Below are positions 12,110-20,593 of a stretch of 64,000 nucleotides of DNA, piece after piece. Position 1 is the stretch's first letter, and each line of letters opens with the position of its first letter. The DNA is from an uncultured Actinomycetota bacterium. GTDB lineage: Bacteria; Actinomycetota; Actinomycetes; Propionibacteriales; Nocardioidaceae. The translations under genes were made by a program, and so were the position numbers. Location of the stretch: NCBI GenBank assembly GCA_963827025.1, contig CAWGZB010000005.1:711471-775470 (forward strand), read 5' to 3'. The notes beneath the pieces were generated by a model, which made no database searches, had not been told where the DNA came from, and was given only the letters and a program-made list of their open reading frames with translations.

Positions 12110-14001
12110 GGACCACACTCGGCGAGGTCGACATCCACCTCATCAACGAGGGTCGCCACGAGGAGCTGTGGCGTGCCCTGGGCGCCCACCCCGACGCGAC
12201 CGGCACCACGTTCCGGGTCTGGGCGCCACACGCGATGGAGGTGCAAGTCCGCGGCGACTTCAACGACTGGGACGGCTCGCGCACCCGGTTGGAACCGATC
12301 GCCAGCTCCGGGATCTGGGAGACCCACGTGGACGGCGTCGGCGACGGCGCGACGTACAAGTTCCACCTCCGCGGCGCCGACGGGGTCTGGCGCGACAAGG
12401 CCGACCCGATGGCCTTCTACGCCGAGGTGCCGCCGTCGACCGCCTCACGGGTCTTCAGCAGCAGCCACGAGTGGACCGACGACGCGTGGATGGCGGCGCG
12501 GGCCGCCGACGACCGGCCCGACCGGCAGGCGATGTCGATCTACGAGATGCACCTCGGCTCCTGGCGGCGGCACGACGACGGCTCGCCCCTCGGCTACGAC
12601 GAGCTGGCCGAGCAGCTGCCGACGTACCTCACGGACATGGGGTTCACCCACGTCGAGCTGCTGCCGGTGATGGAGCATCCCTTCGGCGGCTCCTGGGGCT
12701 ACCAGGTGACCTCCTACTTCGCGCCGACCTCCCGCTTCGGCGACCCCGACGGCTTCCGCCGGCTGGTCCAGGCGCTGCACAACGCCGGTATCGGCGTGCT
12801 CGTCGACTGGGTGCCGGCCCACTTCCCCAAGGACGAGTTCGCGCTGGCGCGCTTCGACGGCACCCCCCTCTACGAGGACCCCAACCCCTCCCGCGGCGAG
12901 CACCCGGACTGGGGCACCTACGTCTTCAACTTCGGCCGCAAGGAGGTGCGCAACTTCCTGGTGGCCAACGCGCTGTACTGGCTGGAGGAGTTCCACGTCG
13001 ACGGCCTGCGCGTGGACGCGGTCGCGTCGATGCTCTACCTGGACTACTCCCGTCAGCCGGGCCAGTGGCAGCCCAACGTCCACGGCGGCCGGGAGAACCT
13101 CGAGGCGGTGACGTTCCTGCAGGAGATGAACGCCACCGTCTACAAGCGGGTGCCGGGCGCGATCACGGTGGCCGAGGAGTCCACCTCCTGGCCCGGGGTG
13201 ACCCGTCCGACCAGCGCCAACGGGCTCGGCTTCGGCTTCAAGTGGAACATGGGGTGGATGCACGACAGCCTCTCCTACGTGGCGAAGGACCCGATCTACC
13301 GCAGCCACCACCACAACCAGCTGACCTTCAGCATGGTCTACGCCTACTCCGAGAACTACGTGCTGCCGATCAGCCACGACGAGGTCGTGCACGGCAAGGG
13401 CTCGCTGCTGCGCAAGATGCCGGGCGACCGGTGGCAGCAGCTGGCCGGGGTGCGCGCCTTCATCTCCTGGCAGTGGGCACACCCCGGAAAGCAGCTGCTG
13501 TTCATGGGCAGCGAGTTCGCCCAGGACCGGGAGTGGGCCGAGCAGCGCGAGCTGGACTGGTTCCTGCTCGACGATCCCGACCACGTCGGGGTGCAGCGAC
13601 TGGTCGCCGACCTGAACGCCGCCTACGCCAGCCACCCCGCGCTCTGGTCCCGGGACACCGACCCGCAGGGGTTCCAGTGGCTCGAGGCCGACGACGGTGC
13701 CCACAACACCGTGGTCTTCGCGCGCTGGGGGGTGGACCCCGTGTCCGGCGCCCAGGCCGACCCGGTCGTGTGCGTCACCAACTTCGCCGCCGTGCCGCAC
13801 GAGAACTACCGCGTCGGGCTGCCCTTCGCCGGTGAGTGGGCGGAGCTGATCAACACCGACGCCGAGGTGTACGGCGGCTCGGGGGTCGGGAACCTCGGCA
13901 CGATCACCGCCCACGCGACGCCTTACGCCGGCCAGCCGGCCAGCGCCACGGTGCGGGTCCCGCCGCTGGGCACGCTGTGGATGAGCGGCCGCGCCCGGTG
14001 A
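12106..14001 (+). CDS. glgB: 1,4-alpha-glucan branching enzyme GlgB (GH13)
   Basis: GTG at 12106 is preceded by GGAGGA (12095-12100) and overlaps the pep2 stop as GTGA. Motifs [70 protein letters not shown]. Confidence 0.92.
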   Translation: MRTTLGEVDIHLINEGRHEELWRALGAHPDATGTTFRVWAPHAMEVQVRGDFNDWDGSRTRLEPIASSGIWETHVDGVGDGATYKFHLRGADGVWRDKADPMAFYAEVPPSTASRVFSSSHEWTDDAWMAARAADDRPDRQAMSIYEMHLGSWRRHDDGSPLGYDELAEQLPTYLTDMGFTHVELLPVMEHPFGGSWGYQVTSYFAPTSRFGDPDGFRRLVQALHNAGIGVLVDWVPAHFPKDEFALARFDGTPLYEDPNPSRGEHPDWGTYVFNFGRKEVRNFLVANALYWLEEFHVDGLRVDAVASMLYLDYSRQPGQWQPNVHGGRENLEAVTFLQEMNATVYKRVPGAITVAEESTSWPGVTRPTSANGLGFGFKWNMGWMHDSLSYVAKDPIYRSHHHNQLTFSMVYAYSENYVLPISHDEVVHGKGSLLRKMPGDRWQQLAGVRAFISWQWAHPGKQLLFMGSEFAQDREWAEQRELDWFLLDDPDHVGVQRLVADLNAAYASHPALWSRDTDPQGFQWLEADDGAHNTVVFARWGVDPVSGAQADPVVCVTNFAAVPHENYRVGLPFAGEWAELINTDAEVYGGSGVGNLGTITAHATPYAGQPASATVRVPPLGTLWMSGRAR

Positions 14002-14033
14002 GCGGCCGTTGCCCGCTCTCCTAGGGTTGTGTC

Positions 14034-14801
14034 GTGTCCGTCGAGCTCACCGACATCGCCCACGGAGTGGTGCGGGTCGCCTGGTCGCCCGAGCTGCAGG
14101 AGCGCGGCCTCGGCGAGTGCGCCAACGAGGTGCGTGAGGCCGTCGAGCGTGCCTTCAAGGGCGGCGCGACCCGGGTCGAGGCCCACGTCGACCCCGACGA
14201 CGGCATGGCCCAGCGAGTCGCGACGTTCTCGGGACTGATGCGGGAGGGCGTCGCCCGTGGGGTGGCCCACCGGATGGACCGCATCGTCTACGCCCGCCTC
14301 GCCCACGACGTGCCGCTGGAGGACCCCGAGGGCTTCCGGACGCTGCTGAACTCCTTCCTGCCGCGCAAGCGGGCGATCAGCCAGCTGTTGGTGCGCTCCA
14401 CCGACCAGCGGGTGCTGCTGTGCCAGCTGACCTACAAGCGGGACCTCGACCTGCCCGGTGGTGTGGTCGAGGTGGGCGAGTCCCCCCAGATCGCCGTGGC
14501 CCGCGAGGTGGAGGAAGAGCTCGGGCTCGTCCTCGAGCCCGGCCCGCTCGTCCTGACCGACTGGTTGCCGGCGTGGAGCGGGTGGGACGACGCGCTCTGC
14601 CTGGTCTTCGACGGCGGCGTCCACGACCCGTCGGTGCTCGAGGGCGTGGTCCGGCAGGAGCGGGAGATCCGGGGCGTCGGCTTCCACACCGTGGCCGAGG
14701 CCCGCGAGCGCTGCGCCGACTTCACCGTCCGCCGCATCGAGGCGGCCCTGCACAACGTCGGCGTCGGCGGCTCGTCGTACACCGAGAGCGGCCGAGGCTG
14801 A
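14034..14801 (+). CDS. NUDIX hydrolase with an N-terminal partial GNAT-like segment
   Basis: NUDIX box GGVVEVGESPQIAVAREVEEELGL (GX5EX7REUXEEXGU). The first ~100 aa (RGLGECANEVREAVERAF..ATRVEAHVDPDD..AQRV..FSGL.REG) resemble the motif-A-to-C-terminal half of RimJ/RimL-type acetyltransferases. Confidence 0.75.
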   Translation: MSVELTDIAHGVVRVAWSPELQERGLGECANEVREAVERAFKGGATRVEAHVDPDDGMAQRVATFSGLMREGVARGVAHRMDRIVYARLAHDVPLEDPEGFRTLLNSFLPRKRAISQLLVRSTDQRVLLCQLTYKRDLDLPGGVVEVGESPQIAVAREVEEELGLVLEPGPLVLTDWLPAWSGWDDALCLVFDGGVHDPSVLEGVVRQEREIRGVGFHTVAEARERCADFTVRRIEAALHNVGVGGSSYTESGRG

Positions 14802-14813
14802 CCCACCCCTGCC

Positions 14814-14887
14814 CATGTAACGCGCGGTTGTGGTGACCGAGTGCGCCCCCGGGGCGGCACTCAGCCTCCCCGACCCCGCGTTACATG
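14814..14887. other. Nested inverted repeat: an 11-bp perfect outer stem encloses a GC-rich inner hairpin
   Basis: CATGTAACGCG (14814-14824) and CGCGTTACATG (14877-14887) are perfect reverse complements 52 nt apart. The spacer contains GAGTGCGCCCCCGGGGCGGCACTC, which forms an imperfect hairpin. It lies between the NUDIX stop (14801) and the small Cys-rich ORF. Confidence 0.5.
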
Positions 14888-14942
14888 TGGGGGCGGGCGT
14901 GTGCTGGCGGGTCTTGTCGGTGGCGCGTGTCATGGTGCCGCC

Positions 14943-15116
14943 ATGGACGAACTGCTGATGCTCTACGGGGTCGTGCGGTGGTGCTCGGACTGCCGCACGG
15001 AGACGATCTTCGTGCCCAGCTGCGGGGACGAGGCGTCCGAGCGCGACGGCGCCGACCTGGACGGCTGCCTGTGCTGCACCGCCTGTGACGCGGCGATCTA
15101 CGTCGCCGCCGCCTGA
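14943..15116 (+). CDS. Small Cys-rich (zinc-ribbon-like) protein, 57 aa
   Basis: MDELLMLYGVVRWCSDCRTETIFVPSCGDEASERDGADLDGCLCCTACDAAIYVAAA. Contains CxxC and CxCCxxC clusters. Third codon positions are almost all G/C, as in neighbouring real genes. No family assigned. Confidence 0.45.
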   Translation: MDELLMLYGVVRWCSDCRTETIFVPSCGDEASERDGADLDGCLCCTACDAAIYVAAA

Positions 15117-15146
15117 CCGAGGACGAGTCGACGGACGACGACGGGC

Positions 15147-16079
15147 TCAGAACAACGCCGAGGCCAGGTCACGGCGCGCGCGCTGCACCCGCGCGTCGGC
15201 GTTGCCGACGGCGCCGAAGAGCTCGACCAGGTGCGTGCGGGCGGCGTCTCGCTCTGCGCCCGTGGTGCGCCGCACCAGCTCGATCAGCCGGTTGAAGGCG
15301 TCGTCCACGTGCCCGCCCAGGAGGTCGAGGTCCGCCACCAGGGCCTGCGCCTCGACGTCGTCGGGGTTCGCCGCAGCCGCGGCGCGGGCCTGGTTGAGAT
15401 CCGTCCCCTGGGTCCGTTGCAGGACCTTGGCCATGGCCAGCCCGGCCGCTGCCTCGGCGTCGGCCGGGTTGGCGTCGAGCAGCTTCTGGTACTCGGTGAC
15501 GGCCGTGTCGATGTCGTTGCGCGCCAGCGCTTCCTCGGCGGCGGCGTAGCGGGGGTCGGCCTGCTCCTCCCCCTCCTCCCCCTCCTCGTCGGCCCCACCG
15601 GCCGCGCGCGGCTGGTGGCGACCGGTGAACCCGCTCGCGGTGAGCTGCTGGAAGACCTGGTTGAGCGCCTGGCGGAGGTCCTCGAGCGAGGCGGCCTGCT
15701 GGAACAGCGGCATCGGCCGTCCCTGGGCGACCAGGACGACGAGCGGAACCGACGGGATCTGCATGGCCTGGGCGATCTGCGGCACGGCGTCGATGTCCAC
15801 CCGACCGAGGAGGAAGCGGCCCTCGAACTCCGTGGACAGGGTCTCCATGTCATCGGCGAGCTGGACGCTCTGCGGTGCGCGACCGGGACTCTCGAACGCG
15901 AGGAGCACCGGCGCCTGGGTGGAGGTCTCCAGGAGCTCTTGGAAGTTCTGCTCGTCCACCCGGACCGCGTACGGCGCCCCGCCGCCGGCGCCGGTGGCAC
16001 CGGGGCCACTCGCCGCGGCGGCCCCCTGGAGCGCGGAGAGGTCGACAGCACCGGGCCGGGAGAAAGGCTGCTGGCTCAT
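15147..16079 (-). CDS. Thioredoxin-fold / TPR-like co-chaperone family protein (YbbN/CnoX-like)
   Basis: ATG at 16077-16079 (MSQQPFSRPGAVDLS...). The N-terminal thioredoxin-like region has no CxxC (APVLLAFESPGRAPQSVQL..VDIDAVPQIAQAMQIPSVPLVVLV). The C-terminal helical repeat region is AAAEEALARNDIDTAVTEYQKLLDANPADAEA. Confidence 0.65.
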   Translation of the reverse strand: MSQQPFSRPGAVDLSALQGAAAASGPGATGAGGGAPYAVRVDEQNFQELLETSTQAPVLLAFESPGRAPQSVQLADDMETLSTEFEGRFLLGRVDIDAVPQIAQAMQIPSVPLVVLVAQGRPMPLFQQAASLEDLRQALNQVFQQLTASGFTGRHQPRAAGGADEEGEEGEEQADPRYAAAEEALARNDIDTAVTEYQKLLDANPADAEAAAGLAMAKVLQRTQGTDLNQARAAAAANPDDVEAQALVADLDLLGGHVDDAFNRLIELVRRTTGAERDAARTHLVELFGAVGNADARVQRARRDLASALF

Positions 16080-16177
16080 GACCCCATTGTGACCAACCCC
16101 TGCAGGCGGCCTGCGACCGCCCGGGGGTGACGGCCATACTGTCCTGCGTGGGGACCACGCTCGTCGAGCCCACGGCG

Positions 16178-18232
16178 ATGCCGAGAGGCCTCCGCACGCT
16201 CTTGTGGACCGTGGTCTACGTCGCAGCATTCGTGCTGGGTCGGGGCTTCGTCGAGGAGACGAGCGGGATGGCCGTGGTCTGGCCTGCCGCCGCGGCGGGC
16301 TTCTTGTGGCTGGCGACGAGCCCGTCCCCCCGAGCCCTGCAGGTCGACGTCGCGGTCCTGGCCGTGGCCGGCGCCGCTGCCTGGGCGCCGATCGGCGACG
16401 GTTGGTTCGGCCTCGTGCTCTCCCAGATCACCACCGTGGAGTGCCTGGTCGCCGTCCTCGCGATGCGACGCCTCGTGCCGGGCACCTGGGGAGCGGGCGG
16501 GCGCCGGATGCTGCGCCAACCCTCGGAGTTCGGACGCTTCCTGGTGGCCATGGGCACTGCGGGGCTGGCCGCTGCGGCGATGCGTGCTCTGGTCCACCTC
16601 CTGCACGACGACGGCAGCCCCTGGCTGGTCGTCCCGGAGCGGATCGGTCGCGACTGGGCGGCGCTGGTCGGCATCGGGACGGTCGGTGTCCTGCTCGGCG
16701 GCTGGTTCGCCGAACGAAGAGCCGGTCTACGGCCTCGGCGACCGCGCGCGGCCCTGACCACCGACCGCACGGTCAACGCCGTGGCCGTGACGCTGTTGAC
16801 CGCGTTGGTCTTCTTCTACGGCTTCTGGGTGCAGCCGCAGGCGCCGAGCACGACCTTCGTCCTGACCCTCCTGACGGTGTGGGTGGCGATCGTCTTCGAG
16901 CCGCTGGCCGTCGCCGGCTACTGCCTCGCCGCAGGTGCCACCGGGGTGCTGCTCACAGCGCTCGGGCACGGGCCCATCGCTTCGCTGACCGAGGACGCGC
17001 TGCGGGCCTTCATCACCCAGGTGTTCGTCATCGTGCTGATGGTGATCGGCATGACCATCTCGCTCACCCGGGCCCGGCTGCTCGAGGCGATCGCCCAGCT
17101 GCAGAAGTCGGAGGAGGAGCGCGGGGCTCGTGCGGACGAGCTGGGTCTGCTGGTCGAGCACCTCTCCGACGGGGTCGCAATCCTCGAGGAGGGCGGCCGG
17201 ATCGTGCACACCAACAACAAGCTGCGACAGATCGTGGCAGAAGGTGGCATGGCCAACGCCGCGGAGCTCCGGGAGGGCACGCTGGTCCACGGATTCGTCG
17301 TCTACGGCCGAGAAGGCGGCGATCCGGTGGCGGCCCAGGACCGTCCGTCGATGCGCGCCCTGGCCGGCGAGGTCGTCCACGGCGAGGAGTACCTTCTCGC
17401 TCCGGACCCGAACGGCGCCATCGTCCAGATCTCCGCCGTGCCGCTGCCGCGGGCCCACGGGGCGGTCCCACGCGCCATGGTGATGCTGCGTGACGTGACC
17501 GCGGAGACACAGGCGCGCGAGACCCTGGTCGCCTTCGCCGGCACGGTCGCCCACGACCTGAACAACCCGCTGACCGTCGTCGACGGATGGGCCGAGACGC
17601 TGGAAGATCTGCTCCGCGATACCGACACGGTGCCCACCGAGGCAGCGCTCCCGATGCTCGGGCACGTCCGCGCGGGGGTGGCCACGATGCGCACCTTCGT
17701 CACCGATCTCCTGGCCCACGCGGTGGCCCGCGACCAGACGCTGCGCGGCGAGCCGGTGCGCCTCGGCACCGTCGTGAGGAGGGTGATGCTGACCCGGGAC
17801 CGGCCGGGCACGGTCAGCCCCGTGCAGACCGGTCCGCTGCCGGAGGTGTGGGGGGACCGACTGCTGGTCCAGCAGCTGCTGGACAACCTGATCGGGAACG
17901 CCTTGAAGTACGCCCGCCCGGGAGTCAGGCCGGACGTGGCGGTCACCGCCGAGGCCGCGGCGACCGGCTGGACCCGGGTGCGGGTCTGCGACAACGGCGT
18001 GGGGATTCCCCGCGACCACCGAGAACTGGTCTTCCGCACCTTCCACCGCGTCGATCCGGCGCGTCCCGGTGGCACCGGTCTGGGACTGAGCATCTGCAAA
18101 CGGATCGTCGAGCGTCACGGCGGGACCATCCACGCCCTGCCGAACCCGCAGGGCCCGGGCACCTGCTTCGAGCTCACCCTGCCCGCGACCCAGGAAGCGT
18201 TCGAGCGGGCCACGCGCAGCGACAGCGGCTGA
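16178..18232 (+). CDS. Membrane sensor histidine kinase (polytopic MASE1-like N-domain, PAS, HisKA, HATPase_c)
   Basis: Several TM helices in the first ~300 aa. H-box VAHDLNNPLTVV, N-box LDNLIGNALKYA, G-boxes DNGVGIP and GTGLGLSICKRIVERHGG. The start is uncertain (GTG 16127 or ATG 16178). There is no adjacent response regulator. Confidence 0.8.
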   Translation: MPRGLRTLLWTVVYVAAFVLGRGFVEETSGMAVVWPAAAAGFLWLATSPSPRALQVDVAVLAVAGAAAWAPIGDGWFGLVLSQITTVECLVAVLAMRRLVPGTWGAGGRRMLRQPSEFGRFLVAMGTAGLAAAAMRALVHLLHDDGSPWLVVPERIGRDWAALVGIGTVGVLLGGWFAERRAGLRPRRPRAALTTDRTVNAVAVTLLTALVFFYGFWVQPQAPSTTFVLTLLTVWVAIVFEPLAVAGYCLAAGATGVLLTALGHGPIASLTEDALRAFITQVFVIVLMVIGMTISLTRARLLEAIAQLQKSEEERGARADELGLLVEHLSDGVAILEEGGRIVHTNNKLRQIVAEGGMANAAELREGTLVHGFVVYGREGGDPVAAQDRPSMRALAGEVVHGEEYLLAPDPNGAIVQISAVPLPRAHGAVPRAMVMLRDVTAETQARETLVAFAGTVAHDLNNPLTVVDGWAETLEDLLRDTDTVPTEAALPMLGHVRAGVATMRTFVTDLLAHAVARDQTLRGEPVRLGTVVRRVMLTRDRPGTVSPVQTGPLPEVWGDRLLVQQLLDNLIGNALKYARPGVRPDVAVTAEAAATGWTRVRVCDNGVGIPRDHRELVFRTFHRVDPARPGGTGLGLSICKRIVERHGGTIHALPNPQGPGTCFELTLPATQEAFERATRSDSG

Positions 18233-18271
18233 GCCGGCGCTCGCGGGCGGCCGGCAAGGCGGCACCGCTCT

Positions 18272-18289
18272 CCAGGTTGAACAACCTGG
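18272..18289. terminator. Hairpin between convergent kinase and icmA-like genes
   Basis: CCAGGTTG-AA-CAACCTGG, with 8-bp perfect arms, in the 70-bp convergent gap. No clear U-tract. Confidence 0.35.
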
Positions 18290-18302
18290 CTGGTCATCAC
18301 AG

Positions 18303-19997
18303 CTAGAAGCTGGCCGGCTCCCGGTACTCGCCCCACTCCTCGCGCAGCGCGTTGCAGATCTCGCCCAGCGTGGCCTCGGCACGGCACGCGTCCAGCATGG
18401 CCGGCACCGTGTTCCGGTCCTCCCGCGCGGCCTGCAGCATCTGCTCCAGGGCCCGGGCGATCGCCGCCTCGTCGCGCTCGGCCTTGCGTTGGGTGAGCGC
18501 GCGCACCTGCTCGCGCTCCACCTCGTGGGAGACCCGCAGGATCTCCAGGTCGCTGGTCACCGAGTCCTGGTGACAGTTCACGCCGACGACCTTCTTCTCG
18601 CCCTTCTCCAGGGCGATCTGGTACTCGAAGGCGGCCTCGGCGATCTCGGACATGAACCACCCGTCCTCGATGCCTTGCAGCAGACCCTTCGTCACCGGGT
18701 TGTGACCCTCCCGGGCGGCCTGGGCCAGACCCTCCAGGTCGTCGTGGGTCAGCGAGGAGCCACCCATCTCGAGGATCCGGTCGAAGATCGCGTTGGCCTC
18801 GGCCTCGATGCGGTCGGTGAGGGCTTCGACGTACCAGCTTCCGCCGAGCGGATCGGCGACGTTGACCACGCCGGTCTCCTCCATGATCACCTGCTGGGTG
18901 CGCAGCGCGATCTCCGCAGCCTGTTCGCTGGGCAGCGCCAGCGTCTCGTCCAGCGCGTTGGTGTGCAGCGAGTTGGTGCCGCCGAGCACGGCGGCGAGCG
19001 CCTCGATCCCGGTGCGGACGACGTTGTTGTAGGGCTGCTGTGCGGTCAGGGAGACGCCGGCGGTCTGGGTGTGGAACCGCAGCCACTGTGCCTTCTCGGT
19101 CGTGGCGCCGTAGACCTCGCGCACCCATCGCGCCCAGATGCGCCGCGCGGCACGGAACTTCGCGATCTCCTCGAAGAAGTCCACGTGGCTGTCGAAGAAG
19201 AAGCTCAGGCCCGGCGCGAAGACGTCGACGTCGAGCCCGCGCGAGAGCCCCAGCTCGACGTAGCCGAAGCCGTCGGCCAGCGTGAACGCCAGCTCCTGCG
19301 CTGCGGTCGAGCCGGCCTCACGGATGTGGTAGCCCGAGACCGAGAGCGGCTTGTAGGCCGGGATCTTCTCGGCCGTGTACTCCATCAGGTCGCCGATCAG
19401 CTTCAGGTGCGGCTCGGGACCGAAGAGCCACTCCTTCTGGGCGATGTACTCCTTGAAGATGTCGGTCTGCAGGGTGCCGTTGAGCTTGCCGGTGTCTGCC
19501 CCCTGGCGCTCTGCGGCGACGAGGTACATGCAGAACACGGGTACGGCAGGGCCGCTGATGGTCATCGAGGTGGTGACCTCGTCGAGCCGGATCCCGTCGA
19601 AGAGGACGTCCATGTCGGCAGCAGAGTCGATCGCGACGCCGCAGTGCCCGACCTCCCCCAGCGAGCGCGGGTCGTCGGAGTCGCGGCCCATCAGCGTCGG
19701 CATGTCGAAGGCGACCGAGAGGCCCCCGCCGCCGCGGCCGAGGATCATCTGGTAGCGCTCGTTGGTCTGCTGGGCGTTGCCGAAGCCGGCGAACTGGCGG
19801 ATGGTCCAGGCGCGGCCGCGGTAGCCGGTGGGGTAGAGCCCTCGGGTGTAGGGGAACTCCCCCGGCCACTCGGACTCGTCAGTGCCGTAGGCCGGCTCCA
19901 CCTCCGTCCCGGACAGGGTGGTGAAGTCCGCCTCGCGGACCCGGCCGGCCGCTTCGGCCTCGGCGTACCGCTGTTGCCAGCGCTCCCGTGCGTTCAT
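18303..19997 (-). CDS. icmA: Acyl-CoA mutase large (substrate-binding) subunit, isobutyryl-CoA mutase IcmA-like; no B12-binding domain
   Basis: 564 aa. Methylmalonyl-CoA mutase family TIM-barrel region (WTIRQFAGFG.., LSVAFDMPT.., ISGYHIREAG). Carries Phe in RQFAGF and Gln in EYIAQKEWLF where MCM has Tyr and Arg, which is the ICM signature. No DxHxxG cobalamin domain. Confidence 0.8.
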   Translation of the reverse strand: MNARERWQQRYAEAEAAGRVREADFTTLSGTEVEPAYGTDESEWPGEFPYTRGLYPTGYRGRAWTIRQFAGFGNAQQTNERYQMILGRGGGGLSVAFDMPTLMGRDSDDPRSLGEVGHCGVAIDSAADMDVLFDGIRLDEVTTSMTISGPAVPVFCMYLVAAERQGADTGKLNGTLQTDIFKEYIAQKEWLFGPEPHLKLIGDLMEYTAEKIPAYKPLSVSGYHIREAGSTAAQELAFTLADGFGYVELGLSRGLDVDVFAPGLSFFFDSHVDFFEEIAKFRAARRIWARWVREVYGATTEKAQWLRFHTQTAGVSLTAQQPYNNVVRTGIEALAAVLGGTNSLHTNALDETLALPSEQAAEIALRTQQVIMEETGVVNVADPLGGSWYVEALTDRIEAEANAIFDRILEMGGSSLTHDDLEGLAQAAREGHNPVTKGLLQGIEDGWFMSEIAEAAFEYQIALEKGEKKVVGVNCHQDSVTSDLEILRVSHEVEREQVRALTQRKAERDEAAIARALEQMLQAAREDRNTVPAMLDACRAEATLGEICNALREEWGEYREPASF

Positions 19998-20003
19998 GGG
20001 AAA

Positions 20004-20021
20004 ATACTAGGACGTCCTAGT
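20004..20021. promoter_or_regulatory. Perfect 18-bp palindrome TACTAGGACGTCCTAGTA at the marR stop / icmA start junction
   Basis: Read directly from the sequence. It overlaps the MarR TAC-TAG (Tyr-stop) and ends 6 nt upstream of the icmA ATG. On the transcribed (minus) strand it is followed by TTTTCCC-ATG. It is AT-rich in a GC-rich genome. It may be an operator, an attenuator or a terminator; the function is unproven. Confidence 0.5.
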
Positions 20022-20559
20022 AAATCTGCCCAGCCGGGCCTTCCTCGACGAAGTCGCCGGCATCGCGACGCACCGGGCGGAGCAGGTCCGAGAGCTGCCG
20101 CAGCTCACCGTCGGAGAGGGCGCCGAGCCCGAAGTCCGCGCCCACGAGCGCCGCAGTCGCTTCCTCGACCAGCGCGCGGCCCGCGTCGGTGATCTCGGCC
20201 AGCACCGCCCGTCCGTCCTGCGGGTGTGGCCGGCGTACGACGAGCCGCGCCGCCTCGAGCCGGTCGACGATCGAGGTGACCGAGGTCGGGTGGACCTGGA
20301 GCCGCTCACCCATCTTCCCCAGGGGCAGCGAGCCGCGCGAGGAGAAGGTGAGCAGGACCAGCGCCTCGTAGCGGGCGAAGGTGAGGCCGAGCGGCCGCAG
20401 CAGTGCGTCGAGCCGGGCCAGCAGCAGCTGCTGGACCCGCATCAGGGAGGTGACCGCATGCATCTGCGGCACGCCGTCCCAGCGCCTGGCCCACTGCCGC
20501 GCCGCCTCGTCGATCGGGTCGAAGGGCAGCGGTCGCGGACTGCGACCCGCCGTACTCAT
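20017..20559 (-). CDS. MarR family transcriptional regulator
   Basis: MSTAGRSPRPLPFDPIDEAARQW... with the winged-helix core LTFARYEALVLL...LPLGKMGERLQVHPTSVTSIVDRLEAARLVVRRPHPQDGRAVLAEITDAG. Confidence 0.85.
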   Translation of the reverse strand: MSTAGRSPRPLPFDPIDEAARQWARRWDGVPQMHAVTSLMRVQQLLLARLDALLRPLGLTFARYEALVLLTFSSRGSLPLGKMGERLQVHPTSVTSIVDRLEAARLVVRRPHPQDGRAVLAEITDAGRALVEEATAALVGADFGLGALSDGELRQLSDLLRPVRRDAGDFVEEGPAGQIY

Positions 20560-20593
20560 GGGCGGCACCCTAGACGCAGTCTCCCGACGCGGC

